This document shows, one piece after another, positions 14,038-27,500 of a DNA stretch of 64,000 bases. The notes under the pieces are model-generated. The model worked only from the letters and a program-made list of their open reading frames with translations, did not search any database and was not told where the DNA came from. Origin of the DNA: Epiperipatus broadwayi (Eukaryota; Animalia; Onychophora). Numbering within the stretch: the first letter of the stretch is position 1; each line of letters starts with the position of its first letter. The DNA lies in assembly GCA_028023455.1 (NCBI GenBank), contig JAQFVV010000006.1, positions 13,578,001-13,642,000 on the forward strand, written 5' to 3'. A program made the translations under genes and the position numbers.

Positions 14038-14510
14038 GCACAGACTTTCATACTACCCACTACTCTCCACTCTTATCTCATAACACTGGTACGCTTGAAC
14101 CCATATATGTTGAAAATATAAATAATCACCAATATCCATATTTCATGCTAAACCAGCAATCATCAGTTGGTCCAGATTACCTTCTCTACACATACATGCT
14201 ATAAGTGCTCAGATATATATTAAGACAGCCAATCTTCATACTTTAATGGTGATTATTTATCTTTTCAACATATGGGTTCGAGTGCATCATTGTTATGAGG
14301 TAATCACTATTAAAGTATGAAGATTGGCTGTCTTAATGCACATCTGAGCACTTATTGCATATATGTGTAGAGATGATAATCTGGACCAACTGATGATTGC
14401 TGGTTTAGCATGAAATATGTATATTGGTGATTATTTATCTTTTCAACACATGGGTTCAAGCGTATCAGTGTTATGATAGAGTGGTGGGCATTGTGAAAGT
14501 CTGTGCTCAT
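14038..14510. mobile_element. Family B fold-back pair (arms ~14038-14247 on -, ~14309-14505 on +), each with a degenerate HHR
   Basis: + core 14386-14427: ccaa CTGATGA ttgctg gtt tagcat GAAA tatgta TA ttgg; reverse-complement copy at ~14128-14170. Confidence 0.85.
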
Positions 14511-14692
14511 ATACCTTATATATTACATATATTGATACAGGTATATAATAAGCCTGTATTTCAGTTATTAATGTTTCAGCAGACTAACTGCTTCTGATAT
14601 TTTTGTACATAGTGAGATCATATAAGAAATGACAGCGTACATGATAGTTCTAATTTAACTTAAAAGGAATATAATTTCACATTTGTAAATAC

Positions 14693-14856
14693 TTAAAAGA
14701 GGCGGTTTTAAAATAGCATGAAGCAAATGAATGGAGGAACCCAAAAATAATATACGGGGTATGTTGAAAATAATTGACAAAGACTGAATAAGACAATTTC
14801 TTGGCCTGTCTTTTACAAATTGCATAAAAAGTACATTGTGGAGGTTCAAACAATCA
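14693..14856 (-). CDS. Candidate exon of unidentified gene: (C)DCLNLHNVLFMQFVKDRPRNCLIQSLSIIFNIPRILFLGSSIHLLHAILKPPLL
   Basis: Acceptor attttcag, phase-compatible with exon 14956-15024 across a 99-nt GT-AG intron; donor gtattt is weak; no confident homology. Confidence 0.35.
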
Positions 14857-14955
14857 CTGAAAATTGTCACATAGGGCAACTAATTTTTTGTGTTTTACTG
14901 TCAAAGTTAGTATCTGCAATGCTGAAGATATGAGAATCCATTTTACTTGGCTTAC

Positions 14956-15024
14956 CAGTAATTCTTTGTAATGTTATGAAAAAAGATTTTCCCAAAATAA
15001 TCTACTGGGATATGATCTCTGAAT
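14956..15024 (-). CDS. Candidate exon of unidentified gene: FRDHIPVDYFGKIFFHNITKNY
   Basis: Acceptor ttctattaacag, strong donor TG|GTAAGC at 14955. Confidence 0.35.
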
Positions 15025-15105
15025 CTGTTAATAGAAGAATCAATGTTGCATTTGTTGGTCAATTCATAAAGACTGACAGATGCCTGACTGAACTGTTGGA
15101 TAGGG

Positions 15106-15645
15106 TGATTACACTGGGTAGCACAGAGTGGCACTACTGAATGGAGAGTTTTGCCTGTTTAATAACAGTTATGTACTAGCATAAGAGATGATGATCATGT
15201 GATGTTTAATGGTTTAACACCAATCCTGCCTAATAGGATAGTGGTGGCTATGGTTGTTAGAGCCAAATATGTCTAAATGTTTGGGTGTTGAACTGAGTTC
15301 AGACCCATATGACTATATAAGCTATTGAGCTTAGATTGAAAATATTATTGTTTTCAATTTTATTCTCATAGTTTTGTAGTTGAGATAAAAGGGTGGCTTC
15401 TGGAGGGTTGCATTAGATCCTAAGATCTGGTGCAGTGCTCTCAGATCCAAGGCTCCTCACTGATGAAGCTCACAAGCCAGAAACTAGTCTGGGGATATTG
15501 GATGAGTAGGCACTAGATGGGGATTTTATGCACAAGTCTTCTGGCATCCATTGATTACTCAGCACAAGGTGGCTCTACTGTATGGAGAGTTTTGCCTGTT
15601 TAATAATAGTTATGTGCTAGCATAAGAGATGTTGATCGTATGATA
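15106..15645 (+). mobile_element. Family A (A1) full monomer with ~83-nt terminal direct repeats (period 441 nt), tRNA-like segment and HHR
   Basis: gcacagagtggcactactgaatggagagttttgcc at 15121 repeats at 15562; HHR 15454-15495; tRNA-like tggctatggttgttagagc...gagttcagaccc ~15245-15310. Confidence 0.85.
15454..15495 (+). ncRNA. Minimal type I hammerhead ribozyme (A1; non-canonical 10.1-11.1 pair)
   Basis: tcctca CTGATGA a gct caca agc ca GAAA ctag TC tgggga; stem I tcctca/tgggga, palindromic ACTAGT. Confidence 0.6.
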
Positions 15646-17170
15646 ATCCTATTGGGTAGGATTGATAAACCACTAAATATCATATGATTACCATTCCTTA
15701 TGCTTACACAAACTTTTTACCCAAAGGCTAAACTCTCCATACAGTAGCGCCATTCGGTGCAAGCCAGAGTAATCCACGGACCCATTGATTATTCTGGCTT
15801 GCACTGAGTGGCGCTAGTGCATGGAGAGTTCAGCTTCTGTGTCATAAAAAACCGTTAGTAAACATTCATTGCTTAATGGCATTTTTTCATCCGGTAAAAA
15901 TTTAAACTTTTGTATAATTCCTAATGATTTTCTATATACAGGCCATTTTGGGATATATTACATGCTAATGATGCAGCTTTAAAATTGAGATGTTACAATA
16001 AATAATGTTAAAACAGCGTACGACAATCGACAGCTATCATTTGCGGCAGTATTTTGCTGCCTAGTTAACTCCACCTGCCTTCGGGTAAAAAATTATACTT
16101 TAATTCATAAAGTTGTCGCTAGATGTCAATTTAAAAAATAAAATCCATCTGTTCCGGTGGTGAGTATTTTTATCTAAAATTATTATAGTTTTAATCTATT
16201 AATAAGGACGATATGCAATAAGCAATTATTTTAATTAGTAATTTAGGATTTTGTACATATAATTTTCATCTTTATGTACTTTTTAAGAATTTAACAATAG
16301 ACTCGAATTTGATGTTTAGCTTCCTTTGATTTAGTTTCGTTAAGAAAAGACGTTTCCTTTCCTTATAATTTTATTATTCTCATTTATTAATAATAATAAT
16401 AATGATCATCAAATTAATATAAAATTGCCCTAACCACTTTTAATTAGTAAATTAAATTATTTCTATTAAAAGTTTCACTACCTGAGATTACGTTATTTTC
16501 ACGGTTAATTGTAATAAACCAAATGCTTAAACCATTTGTTTAAACATATTGAGTGTTTTTAAAATATTAAATTTTATTGGTATAAATTATCTTTTTTTTA
16601 AACATAACTAAGTATAGTTCATTACTTATCGATTACTCTAAAAAATCGTTATCGCATTTATAAAAATCCAAGACTGTATAACGTAGAATAAAATGCGAAA
16701 CCACGAGAATCCAAACAAAATCGTTTGAAACGCCCATATCTATATTGTTTCGGCCACACTCCTCCTTAAAAATAAAGAATAGCTTGAATTTTTGCAGCCC
16801 ATTCCTTTTGGGCTGTAAAATTCAGGCTATGAGGTATTTCAGATATTTTATATAGACTTCATCTATTGTTATGTATTGTTTCTATAAACCAAATCGTATA
16901 CTAATTACTATATATCTAAGCTTACATCTTATTATTCTTTAAATTAATAATTTACTAACTATATGTTAACAAACACACACTTATAAATAAAGTTTTAATG
17001 GAGAAGATATAAGTTAATTAATATTTATAATAGGCTTAAAGTTTTCGGGGATCCATGTCTCGTAATCATAGCGGTAATGAAATACATATGTGAAAATGTA
17101 TGCAAAAATATTTAAATTAGCGATGTATTATGCAGTCCATTTCTTGGAAATCCCGAAGCATGTATCCTTC

Positions 17171-17580
17171 CTATTTATAGCATGGGTATTTCCATATGTA
17201 GAATGCTTTTTTGATTTTTCTCCTGTGATCACTATCCTCGATGCGTAAGATTATAGGATTGGTGGGTGTGAAGTTGTGTCCTGCATTTTTGGTGTGTTCT
17301 AAGAATGCAGACATTGTATTATTGGACCTTTGAACTCTGTTATAGGTGTTGAGCCAATCTAGTGTGGATGGTTGCTTTGGTCTCACCGTAATATATCGCC
17401 TGGCATCCAGCATATGGGCACGATATGGAGTATACAGCATGTGGAGTAAATGATCGGTCAATATAATCTTTTGAGTTGTTGATCAGTCTATTAGAATTAG
17501 GCGGAGTTCTGAAAACTATTTTAAATTTGTTAATGTTTTAATTAGTCTGTTAGAAATCTTGGGATATAAGGGACGGTAAT
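17171..17580 (-). mobile_element. Penelope-like element relic (linker plus GIY-YIG endonuclease C-terminus)
   Basis: TVPYIP linker motif at ~17560-17580 and SAFLEHTKNAGHNF...ILRIEDSDHRRKIKKAFYI in ORF 17171-17461. Confidence 0.8.
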
Positions 17581-17924
17581 TCTTGGTAGATCAGCTCAAA
17601 GTGCAATGTTATTTATTAATTATCTATCAAAATGGCTTATGGTTATCTTAAATAATTTTTTCCAAGTAACCATTTTTCATAAATGTTGCATTACCTATAG
17701 TAAATCACATCAAGTTATTAGTAGAATTATATATATTTTTAAAGATGTTGAATTTTTTTGACATTAATTAATTAAAGAACTTGAGTTTTTTGAATATTAA
17801 TTAATAACCAGTCTTTATATGTTGCATTCAAAACATTAAGTACATTCTAATATTTGAATATAAGTATAATGTATATACATATATATTAAAAAATTTTTAG
17901 TTGTAAAGAGAGAAGTGGAATTTA

Positions 17925-17965
17925 TAGAGCTCTGATGAAGACTGCAGGACAGTTGAAACTTTAAG
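17925..17965 (+). other. Degenerate HHR core of a third family
   Basis: CTGATGA agactg cagga cagtt GAAA ctttaagc; no intact NUH site; same family as 49195. Confidence 0.5.
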
Positions 17966-18199
17966 CAAAATAAAGAAGGAATTCTATAAAAATAAAAAAA
18001 AGATTGTGCTAAAGTGTATGTTAGGAGATCATAAGAAAATTTTAATATATATGATTATATGATGAGAAATGCAAAAAAAAAAGAAAAGAAGATATAAGAA
18101 TAATTTACTTCTATAATGTATTTACTGAACTTTAGATGTAATTAGAAGGGTAATCAATACTCAGTTTATGTTAAGATAGCAAATCTTCAAACTTTAATG

Positions 18200-18520
18200 T
18201 ACAGCAGCAATATTTGCATCATCAAGGGCATTGAGCATTCTATCATCACATTTCAATAATATGGATGGCTGAAGACTTGGAGAGTGGGGAAAATTGAAAT
18301 CTGTTCATTAAAAGCTTGAAGATTTGCTATCTTAATATAAACTGAGCACTGATTATTTATATGTGTGGGAAATGATGATCTGGACCAACAGATGAGTGCT
18401 GGTTCAGCACGAAATAAGTAATTGGAGATCATTTATCTTTTTCATATGTATGTGGTCATGCGTATTGATTATATGGTGGATAGCTGAAAACAGCTTTAAG
18501 TCTATGTTCAAGTCCCTTTT
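18200..18520 (+). mobile_element. Family B copy, degenerate HHR (CAGATGA)
   Basis: atgatct gga ccaa cagatga gtgctg gtt cagcac gaaa taagta attgg agatcat. Confidence 0.8.
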
Positions 18521-21500
18521 AATTAAGTACATTCTGTAAATCATCTTTTGCACAGGCAAAACTTGCATAATCATCAGCAACTTTTATATCTTAGGTTGGC
18601 TATCAATTCGAGAATATAAACTAGTTTAAATACCTTGATAGTTTTATAGTAGAAAGATGGACTTAGATATTGATGTACAGTACAAGTTCCAATATGATGA
18701 AAAACAGTGATAAACTTTTCATATAATGACTGATTATGTGATGATTAGCGATTCCAATATTCTGCTGATACTTTTATTAAACGATAGATGTATGTTGTAC
18801 TGGTCGGTTTTGTCTGTTCAAATAACAAGATCTAGAATCTAGGCAAAAGTACCTCAAGTCCAATCATGTGCGAGATACACAGATCAGGAATACTCATGAA
18901 TTCTGCCCTATTTGCCCATTTTCCAGATCTATCAACTTATGAGCAACAATTCCGTTGATACCCGATCTATTTTTATCTTTCATGGCCGACATCGCAAAGC
19001 GGAGAAGCAGAGACTCTGATTAGACATGGGCACTACAGTGAAGTCCTTAGCACAATAACAATTACAAGTTCTAGTTCTAAAGATTGTGACTTTTCATGTT
19101 ATTTTTATATAAGATTGTCAGGATATCATCTAGTCATACTAAGCATAAATTATTTAATCAAGATGTAATATTTATTCAATAAATGAAACAATGATTCGAA
19201 GACTTAGTTATATATATTTTTAATTTATTAAAGTAAATAAAATAAAGTATTAATAATTTGAATATAATAATTCTCTATTAATTATCATTAATCTCTTTAC
19301 ATTTTTATTTATAACATAAGATTTTTCTTTTACAATTCAAGACATTGTGTACACATTTATTGGTAGGTGATTATAGTGCGGTCTGATTGATATGCCAATA
19401 ACTAACTACATTATGGAGATATGATTTGGATAGCGCTATAACATAAGTATATTTATGAGTCTTTAATTCACCCCTAGAGAGAAAAGAAGCACTTGTCCGA
19501 GTTTGCTTGATAAGTATTATTTGGGCTCTATTATAAATTTACAGAATTATCAAACATTAATAAATGAAGTAATTAATTTCAGTTTACGCTGAGCAAGAAA
19601 ACGTGTTTGGGAGAAAGTTCATTTGGAATATAGATAATTGTGGCGCAGAATGGCGCACACCTGAAAATATTAATAAATTAAAAAGAACTCTGTTTAGTAG
19701 AATCGGAACATTATGACTGATGGATATTCATAGATTTTATTTGAACGAGGAATAAGACAGCGGTACATGTATAATGGCGATTTATTAGTGATTCAGTCTC
19801 GGATCCTAAAAGGTGCTTTAGGTTATTAACGAAGAATGGTGACTGATTTCTTTATGCATCTTGAGCAGAATTGGTTCACTGAACGAAGTATAGTCCGGTG
19901 GGAGTTGCTATGGGCCGGCTGTCCCGGAATGACCCCATGCAGAATTGCCTCATGGGGTGAAGAGTCCCAAGGGGTTTCAGAGGCTTGTCCTTGGACTTGG
20001 AGATAATGAAACAGGGTTCGGCTTTCCGATATGCCCGGTGGAATGAAGCACAATATATATATATATTGTAACCATATGTTTTTGGCTCAAAGATAGTAGG
20101 TTTTATCCAGTGGATAAGTGTGTAAAATTTTAAATTTTAATTGGTAATAATTGGTTAAGATATTGAACATCAATGTGTAGAGACTAGTTATAGAGTGAAA
20201 TGCTTGTGGATTATAATTTTCCCACTAAGCACTAGCTCACTAAGAAACATCTTAAAAAGTGATGATGATCTTGACTGTGAGACACTGGAAAGTCTGATAG
20301 AGTGGATGTAAATCCCATAAACATTTTATCACATTGTTCCAGTGGCAGCTATTTCAAATGTTATTTTAATAGTATTAAAATATGATTGGCAAGCATAAAA
20401 ATATTTAACACTTTATTGTAATGGTATTGTTAAACAATAATTAAAAATAAACAGCAAAATCAATTTATAAGTCTTTTAAATTTTTTATAAACAATCTTTA
20501 AATATATTATATTTTAATGTAAATTGAAATGCATCAGTCTAGATGATTCTCACTAGAGGGATAAAACTTAATTTATTCACATTTTACAGTGATTGGCCCA
20601 TAATAGAACCAATCCTGCCAGATAATATAAAGTATATAATATAAAAGTTTTAGGGGGAGGGGGACTATTCTAAGAAATGTAAATGGAACAAGACTGCAAC
20701 TCCACTTCTGAAGTAAAATAGAAGAAATAAGCTAGAAAATAATTTTTTTTTAAAATTAATTGGGACAAAATTTCATAGATAGATGGATTTGAATACTATG
20801 GAGTAAACTTAATAACCCTGTGAATCTCTACACAACTTTTCATCGATCTTGGATTCTTAACTTTGCCTACTGAAGGAAACACTGGAAGGACCGCTATTTG
20901 AATAAGTATTTGCCAAAAATGTACTATTTGGAACGGAAAATAATACCGGAAAATGTAAGCATTTATTTTTGTTTTCATTATTTTAACCAATTATCAGAAC
21001 TTATCATAACACAAAGGTTATTTAGACTGAAGAGAAAAAAAAGATTAAAGTATTTTAATTTTCGCGCTGTTATTAATTCAGTATTAAGCAGAAAATATGT
21101 TTATGTATAAATTGATATTTCAAGAAAATATTCTAAATCATTTTAAGAAATAATGAAGAAATTAAAATTTCACTTTAAATCATATAAAGTAATTAGTTTG
21201 AAAAAAAAAAAAGTGCATAAAATATTTCTTATGTCATTGGAAAGAGAGAGATCGTCTGCTTTGATATTCCCCGGGAAGTAATCAGTCACGTATATATATT
21301 CTTAATAGTTGCTTAATACTAAATCAATTCTATTTAACATTCTTAAATATGAAATAAATTGCCAATAATAGTGAATAAAGAAATATTGATTTTTTTTTCC
21401 CCTTGATTATGCAACCTATAAAGTAATAATATTTTAAGTGTTTAAAATTACCCAGATTATTTAAGATTGTGACAATTACTGTAGATGGGAAAAACAAAGT

Positions 21501-24500
21501 AAACAAAATCCATAAATGATTTAAAAGTTTATTTCCAAAGATCGTAATAAACTGATTATAATTGTGCTACATTTGGAAAAATATATGTTACAGATTAATT
21601 AAAATCGCCTAGAAGATCATATTTATTTATCGTTAGTAAATAACTTGTAACGTAATAACATTTTAAACGGTTTTTAAAATCACCCAGATTATTTAAGAGT
21701 ATAACAGATCTTCGCGCAGATGAAAAAAAAAAAAGAAGAAAAACAAAAATAGACAAATCAATAGATATTAATTAAACCTATTTTAAGTGACTTATTCTCG
21801 AAAATGTTTTAATATTGCTTCAGTATGCTTACATTAGTACACAAACCGATAAAGGATTTCTATTGCCATTGGAGAAGTGTTTGAATTTTGTCTGAAGATG
21901 TTAATATTGAACCGGATAACCAAAATATATATTACTTAGGAATGTTTGCTTATCATATCCGTTTTCTTGTGTTTTACTTATAAGAACGAATCAAACTTCG
22001 ATAAAGTCCAATGGTAGAAACTGTAATGTTTGTTTAGTTTGTTAATTGCTATATATAATATTGTAATGCGTTTTTTTTTTTTCATGTGTTATTCAGATAT
22101 TAGGTTTTCTTATATATAACAGGGTATAAAATATACTAAGTAATGATGTAGCTGTGTATAAAGTTATATACATTTATTATCCATATTTGTATTATTTCCC
22201 CAATGAAGGGAAAGCATAAGGTTAAATATTATTTGTCTGGGAAGAAAGAGAAATGTTTCTCTTTCACTGCTAAAACAGATGTTAATATTATATTGAGGAG
22301 GGGAACAAATAGACCCAAACTGGTCAAAAATATACACATAATGATACCATTGTTCTATTATATAAAATAATTTAATAAGTATTTTTTTTTATTATTGCTT
22401 AATTTTGCTTATAAACGAAATGTCCACTTTAAATACAAAATGTAGTTTAATCCTCCTTGTTTACGTGTACATGGCTTGCTATAATAAAAGGTATAATTAT
22501 TGATTTGAAATAATTAATGGTTATTTTACTGATATTGGTGGTCTGTTTATAAAACATTAACAGTTTCTGCAATGTGCAAGGGAATATTTATGTTTCCATT
22601 TAGATTATTAGTGTTGTTTTACCTTGCTATTGTATTGATCAGAATTTGTGATAGATTTTAGGATGAGTTTGGGCTACATATAAGAGCCTTAGATATAATA
22701 ATAATTAATATTGTACAAGGGATGATGAAAAATTCTCCATTGTGATTAATATGAGAGGATGATATTGTTGGGGCTGATTAAGAGTTAGTGCTTAGAGCAT
22801 AGTTACGCCTAAAAGAGGTAGATCCCATGGTCTGAATTCTGTTTTCCAGTGGAGAGGCACTGCCCACACTTTTATACCTATGAAAAGGTATCAGAATTGG
22901 CCATATTCTTATACAACTATTATGTTGTTTCTTGATATACAACTATCATGTTGTTTTGTAGAGCCTCCTTTATTTAGATCCCTCAAAAAGTTATATAGTT
23001 AATATTCCACCATGTATGATAAAGTGTAGTGTGTTTTAGATCGAATGGCAAGGATAAGATAAAGTCTGATATAGCTATAGTGTTGTCTAATGGAAATAGT
23101 GTCTTTCTGATGTTGTGTAATCTTCATCAGTTTATAAAGAGACCAACCAAAACTTACTAGTGTCTGTAGAACTTCTACATAAAAGAGCAAGGTGTGTACA
23201 CGGACAATGTGGATTGGTTTTCAACAAGTAGGTATTTACTGATGAATTAATAATATCAGTTAATTAATAAATGGTTAAGTTGTGGACATAGTGAATGTTT
23301 TTGGTGTCATGTGTGCATTTAACTGATGATGTTTGCCCAACATCAATGCAATGAAATTTTTTTTATATAGTAAATTATAATAAATTATTACTTGTATTGG
23401 AATGTGATAATTGCCCTTATCATATTTTAATAACTCAAACAGCTACAATTTGATATAATAAATTGTAATTTAGAATATTTTATTTAAAAAGTTGTGTATA
23501 TCCAAATGATATTAATACATTTTGTTCGCAATTTCAATGCTAAGATAGCTCAAATAAGTTCAACTATCTTAGTCTACCCGATAGAATAATAAACAAACAT
23601 ATCTAAAATGTTTGTCATATTAGTTGGTCATTACTTACCACATCATTAATTTCCATCCCTAATTTTGGAATGGATTTATCTTGTTTCATGTAATGTGTCT
23701 GAAAGAGACTTGTACATAATGTAAATAAATATTGTTGTGTTAAAAATTTATTTAGTTGTCAGTATTCTTATTGCTAATCAACACACCCACACATTATTAT
23801 TGTTATTGCTATCGACCTATCCTGTGATTATAGGGAAATTGTTATCAATCAATATTGTAAAAATCACTATATGTAGGTATATCAGAATAATTGTGTTAAG
23901 CCCTATAATTTATGAGTATATCTAGGGCATCATAACTTAATAATTAAACATACTAACCTAGAGAATATTAGTTTAAGTGATACACCAAAAGATTAAAAAC
24001 CTAATATTGGTTTGATCAGTTCATTTGAATCCACAGATCTATCATTCACTGGTCTTGGTCACCTTGTTTCTAATTAATGGAGAAAGAAAGTTGGAAAGCT
24101 ATTATGTTTAGCTATTGAAAAATTACTCTTACTTATTGGAACTTAAAGTTTAGCATAGTTAGAGAATGTATAGAATTTATTTAAAATTATTGAATATGGT
24201 TTAGTAATTCAATTCAGTATTAAGAGCTATTTTGTGTGTGTTATGCTTGGGTAGTGGCATAATCCCTCTCACTGACCCATGTGTATCTTGTATATCACCC
24301 TTTAAGCTACGTGAACCCTGAGAAGGATAAATTATATCAATTTGTAATAGGATTGGAATTTATGGTAAATTTGCATCCAGTTGGTTCTTGTAATTAGAGT
24401 GGAATTGTGTTACATTCACTGTGAGATATAATGTCAACCAAACTTTAAAGTATCTATTACTTCTTTTGTCTGCAATGTATAGTTGGTTTTGACTTTATGG

Positions 24501-27500
24501 TGAATATTCTGGTCTTAGTAAGCTTAGAATCTGTATTTTATTTAATTGTCTTATTATCATTTAATTCAATATCAAATTTAGAGTTCTGTACATCATCTTT
24601 CATCATCATCATTCCTCTCATTTGTCATTTCAATCTTTCTTTATTCTCTTTTTCATCCTAATTCACTCATCATTCATTGGCTCTTATTCCATTCTCATCT
24701 TAATCATCCATTAGCTCTTACACATCTTCATTCTCAGACTCATTTTATTTTATTATTTAATTATTACTTATTTGCATCGTTCATTTAATCATTTACATCC
24801 TCATTTACTTATTGCCTAATTTATACTTCTAATTTCATATTCATTCCATCGATCTAAGTATTATTTATTTATTAGTTTGACAATATGAAGTTTATTTTAT
24901 AATTTTTTGTTTGTTTGCTTGTTGTGGATTTTGAGGCTAGCTTGACCAGAAATTATTAATCCACCTTGTGATCTTCTCTAAGATTATAGTTTCATGCGAG
25001 CTTAGCTAATAAAGAAATCATCTTTAGTTTATCATTTATTTTAGATATATATTCTAGATCAGTTGTAGCTAGGAAGGTTACAGAGAAAGATATGGTTTCC
25101 AAACGTGTAAATTGGACTAGTTAGATTAGGGGGGAAGGCTACAGGTAAGATTATAGCGCCTAAAATGTGCGGTATGATTTATTTATGATTACAGAAATGT
25201 GTAGGCCTGATTGTCCAATGATCAGAGGAGAAGGTTACAATATATATAAGTGAATGAGGAGGCCTGTATGCACTCAATGCTTGGAATACATATATAAAAC
25301 TTTTAATATCAGAATTACTTACTTAATACCTATGTATTTGGAATATCTAGCATAATGGTATGATTAGGTTACTAAACAGTGATGGATAACTTAAACTATC
25401 TAGAATCGAGAATTCCCCTCTCCTATTACATTTACTTAGATGTAAACTCCCCACAAACATTAAAATAACAAGTTAATATTCGGTCATAAATGCTTTGTAA
25501 CATAGTAAAATAATTATATATAAACTGTTAGGTGGTGGTTATTTAAAATTATTTTATAGAACAGAATATTTATTTAATTTCAAATAAACAGATTTGAGAT
25601 TTTAGACTTAGCACTATTATTTTAAATTAGGAATATTTATTAGAATTAATTAATAGAGCAGATTTCTGTTCTATTTGACTATAACATTAAAATATAATTA
25701 ACTTATTTTCTCCCAAGCTGGCAAGCGTCTGCAGTAATGAAAACAACAAAATAATGTTTTAACTAAAATTTAATGACCCTCCCTACAAAAAGAGGGGGGA
25801 TTAAGGGGAGACAAAAATGCTTGCAAGTTTAGGAGGTTATTGGCATATTAGTTTCAAAATAAGAAATAAGGTTATAATATATTGCTGCCGCACGAAAGTG
25901 AAATAAGAAGATATATAATTGAGGCTTAATGACAGGAGAGAATTAATAAAGAGTTTATAGAGAGTTGAATACATATTAAAAATCAGGTAAGAAAATTACA
26001 AATTATTTTACTTAATATTTGATTTCTGATATCAAGATCAGCTATGACTACATTATTTTCCTTTTTAGAAATAATTATATGAGTTAGTTAAATTAAGGTT
26101 TTACTTAAAGAATATTTTATGGATATTAGGTAGCAACGGAAATTTATTACTTTAATTAATCATTAATAGCAGTCCTCGGTTAGCTGCAGCATCGATCAGA
26201 GACTAGATCTAGTTTTGATTCTTGTTTGTCAGGACGGTAGCATTTCCATTAGTTAACCTTTAAGTACATGATTACAGTTCATGGGTAGATAGGTCCAGGG
26301 CAATGATTTTTTCGGAGATGGCATTGGAACAGCCGGGAAAGGTGGATCTTCCTTCTACTCACAGCATATTGATTTGAAATTATGACTAGCATGGATTAGG
26401 TTAGCCACTGTTCTTTAAAAAGTAGCTGTTTTTTTTCTGTGTTCAAATTTAGACTTATTTATATGATTTGTTAAATTATTATGGAATGCTTTTAGTTATA
26501 CTACCTTAGACAATTGAAATACCTTGACTATCTGCAATTTGCAGACCGGATGCACGCTTTTGTTCTAATAAGTTAGGAAACAATACAAACCTGCTGAACA
26601 TTCCTCAAAGGATTGTTTTAAAATACAATCTTAGATTTTAAAACTAATTTAAAATGTACAAATTTTTCACTAGTGGGTCTTACATTATATTTCTAAAATT
26701 ATCGTATTTCTAAATTTACTAATGGGTTTTATACTTATTAATTTAAATTGCGCTCGAGAATATTAGGCATGATTGCATCAGATTTTCTGACCACCATTAT
26801 TGAAAATAAGAAATATTTTTAATATAATTTTAAATATACAATCTAATTTGATACGTTTTAATATAATAATTATTTTACTTATGCTGCACATATACGACTT
26901 TAAAATGATACAAAATATTTATTGGTTTATTTATTTAAGATATTTAATTTAAGATACTTGTAAATATCTTCCATCACGGTTAATTTTAAAACTAAAGCAA
27001 AGAAAATTGTGTTAGATAATTACGTATATCAACAGAGGGATGGAGTTTGAATTTGGTTTGGTGGTGGGAGATAGAGTGGGCTGTGAAGCGCAATCTGACG
27101 ATTGACTGCTTCAGTATAGAGTTATTATTTTATCTTATCTATTATATGAAAGCAAACTTGACCATAGTTTTCATGAGGAAGTGAGACTGTCTATGTTATA
27201 AGGATTATTTCTCGAAGAGTAATGCCAATTGTTTCCATGGGAAGAAAATACATCGCAGAACTACAATTGGATGTCAGGTTGAATATTTCAGAAAGAAAAG
27301 TTTTCTGCTGAAGAAATTAAAAAACAGCATAATAAAATATCAAGTAATTCAGAAAAATAGTCCAATATGTTTTGTATGTGGATGCATTTGTGGGTCATAC
27401 AGATTGTTTTATATAGTCAGTGCAAAACTTATTTGTAGAGAAAGTTTTTTTCTTTCCCTTTCCCTTCTTTCCTTTTTTTTTTTTTGATGGAAGAAAGTGA

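Noticed and set aside
14775-15140. + strand frame of ~120 codons with a single TGA (14931), suggesting a selenoprotein
   Set aside because: No redox motif or recognisable family, no SECIS identified, 3' part runs into a family A repeat, and the opposite strand has better splice signals.
21829-21888. 59-nt - strand exon spliced to the acceptor at 21026
   Set aside because: Splice signals are plausible but the peptide is short, unrecognised and has no upstream partner.
23100-23135. Additional HHR-like cores (- 23110-23130, + 23323, - 58685-58700, - 17040-17070)
   Set aside because: Stem II, GAAA or stems I/III are too degenerate to distinguish from chance.
22400-25500. Long decayed LINE (ORF1/APE/RT) on - strand
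   Set aside because: Only faint motif resemblance by eye with many stops; not enough to annotate.
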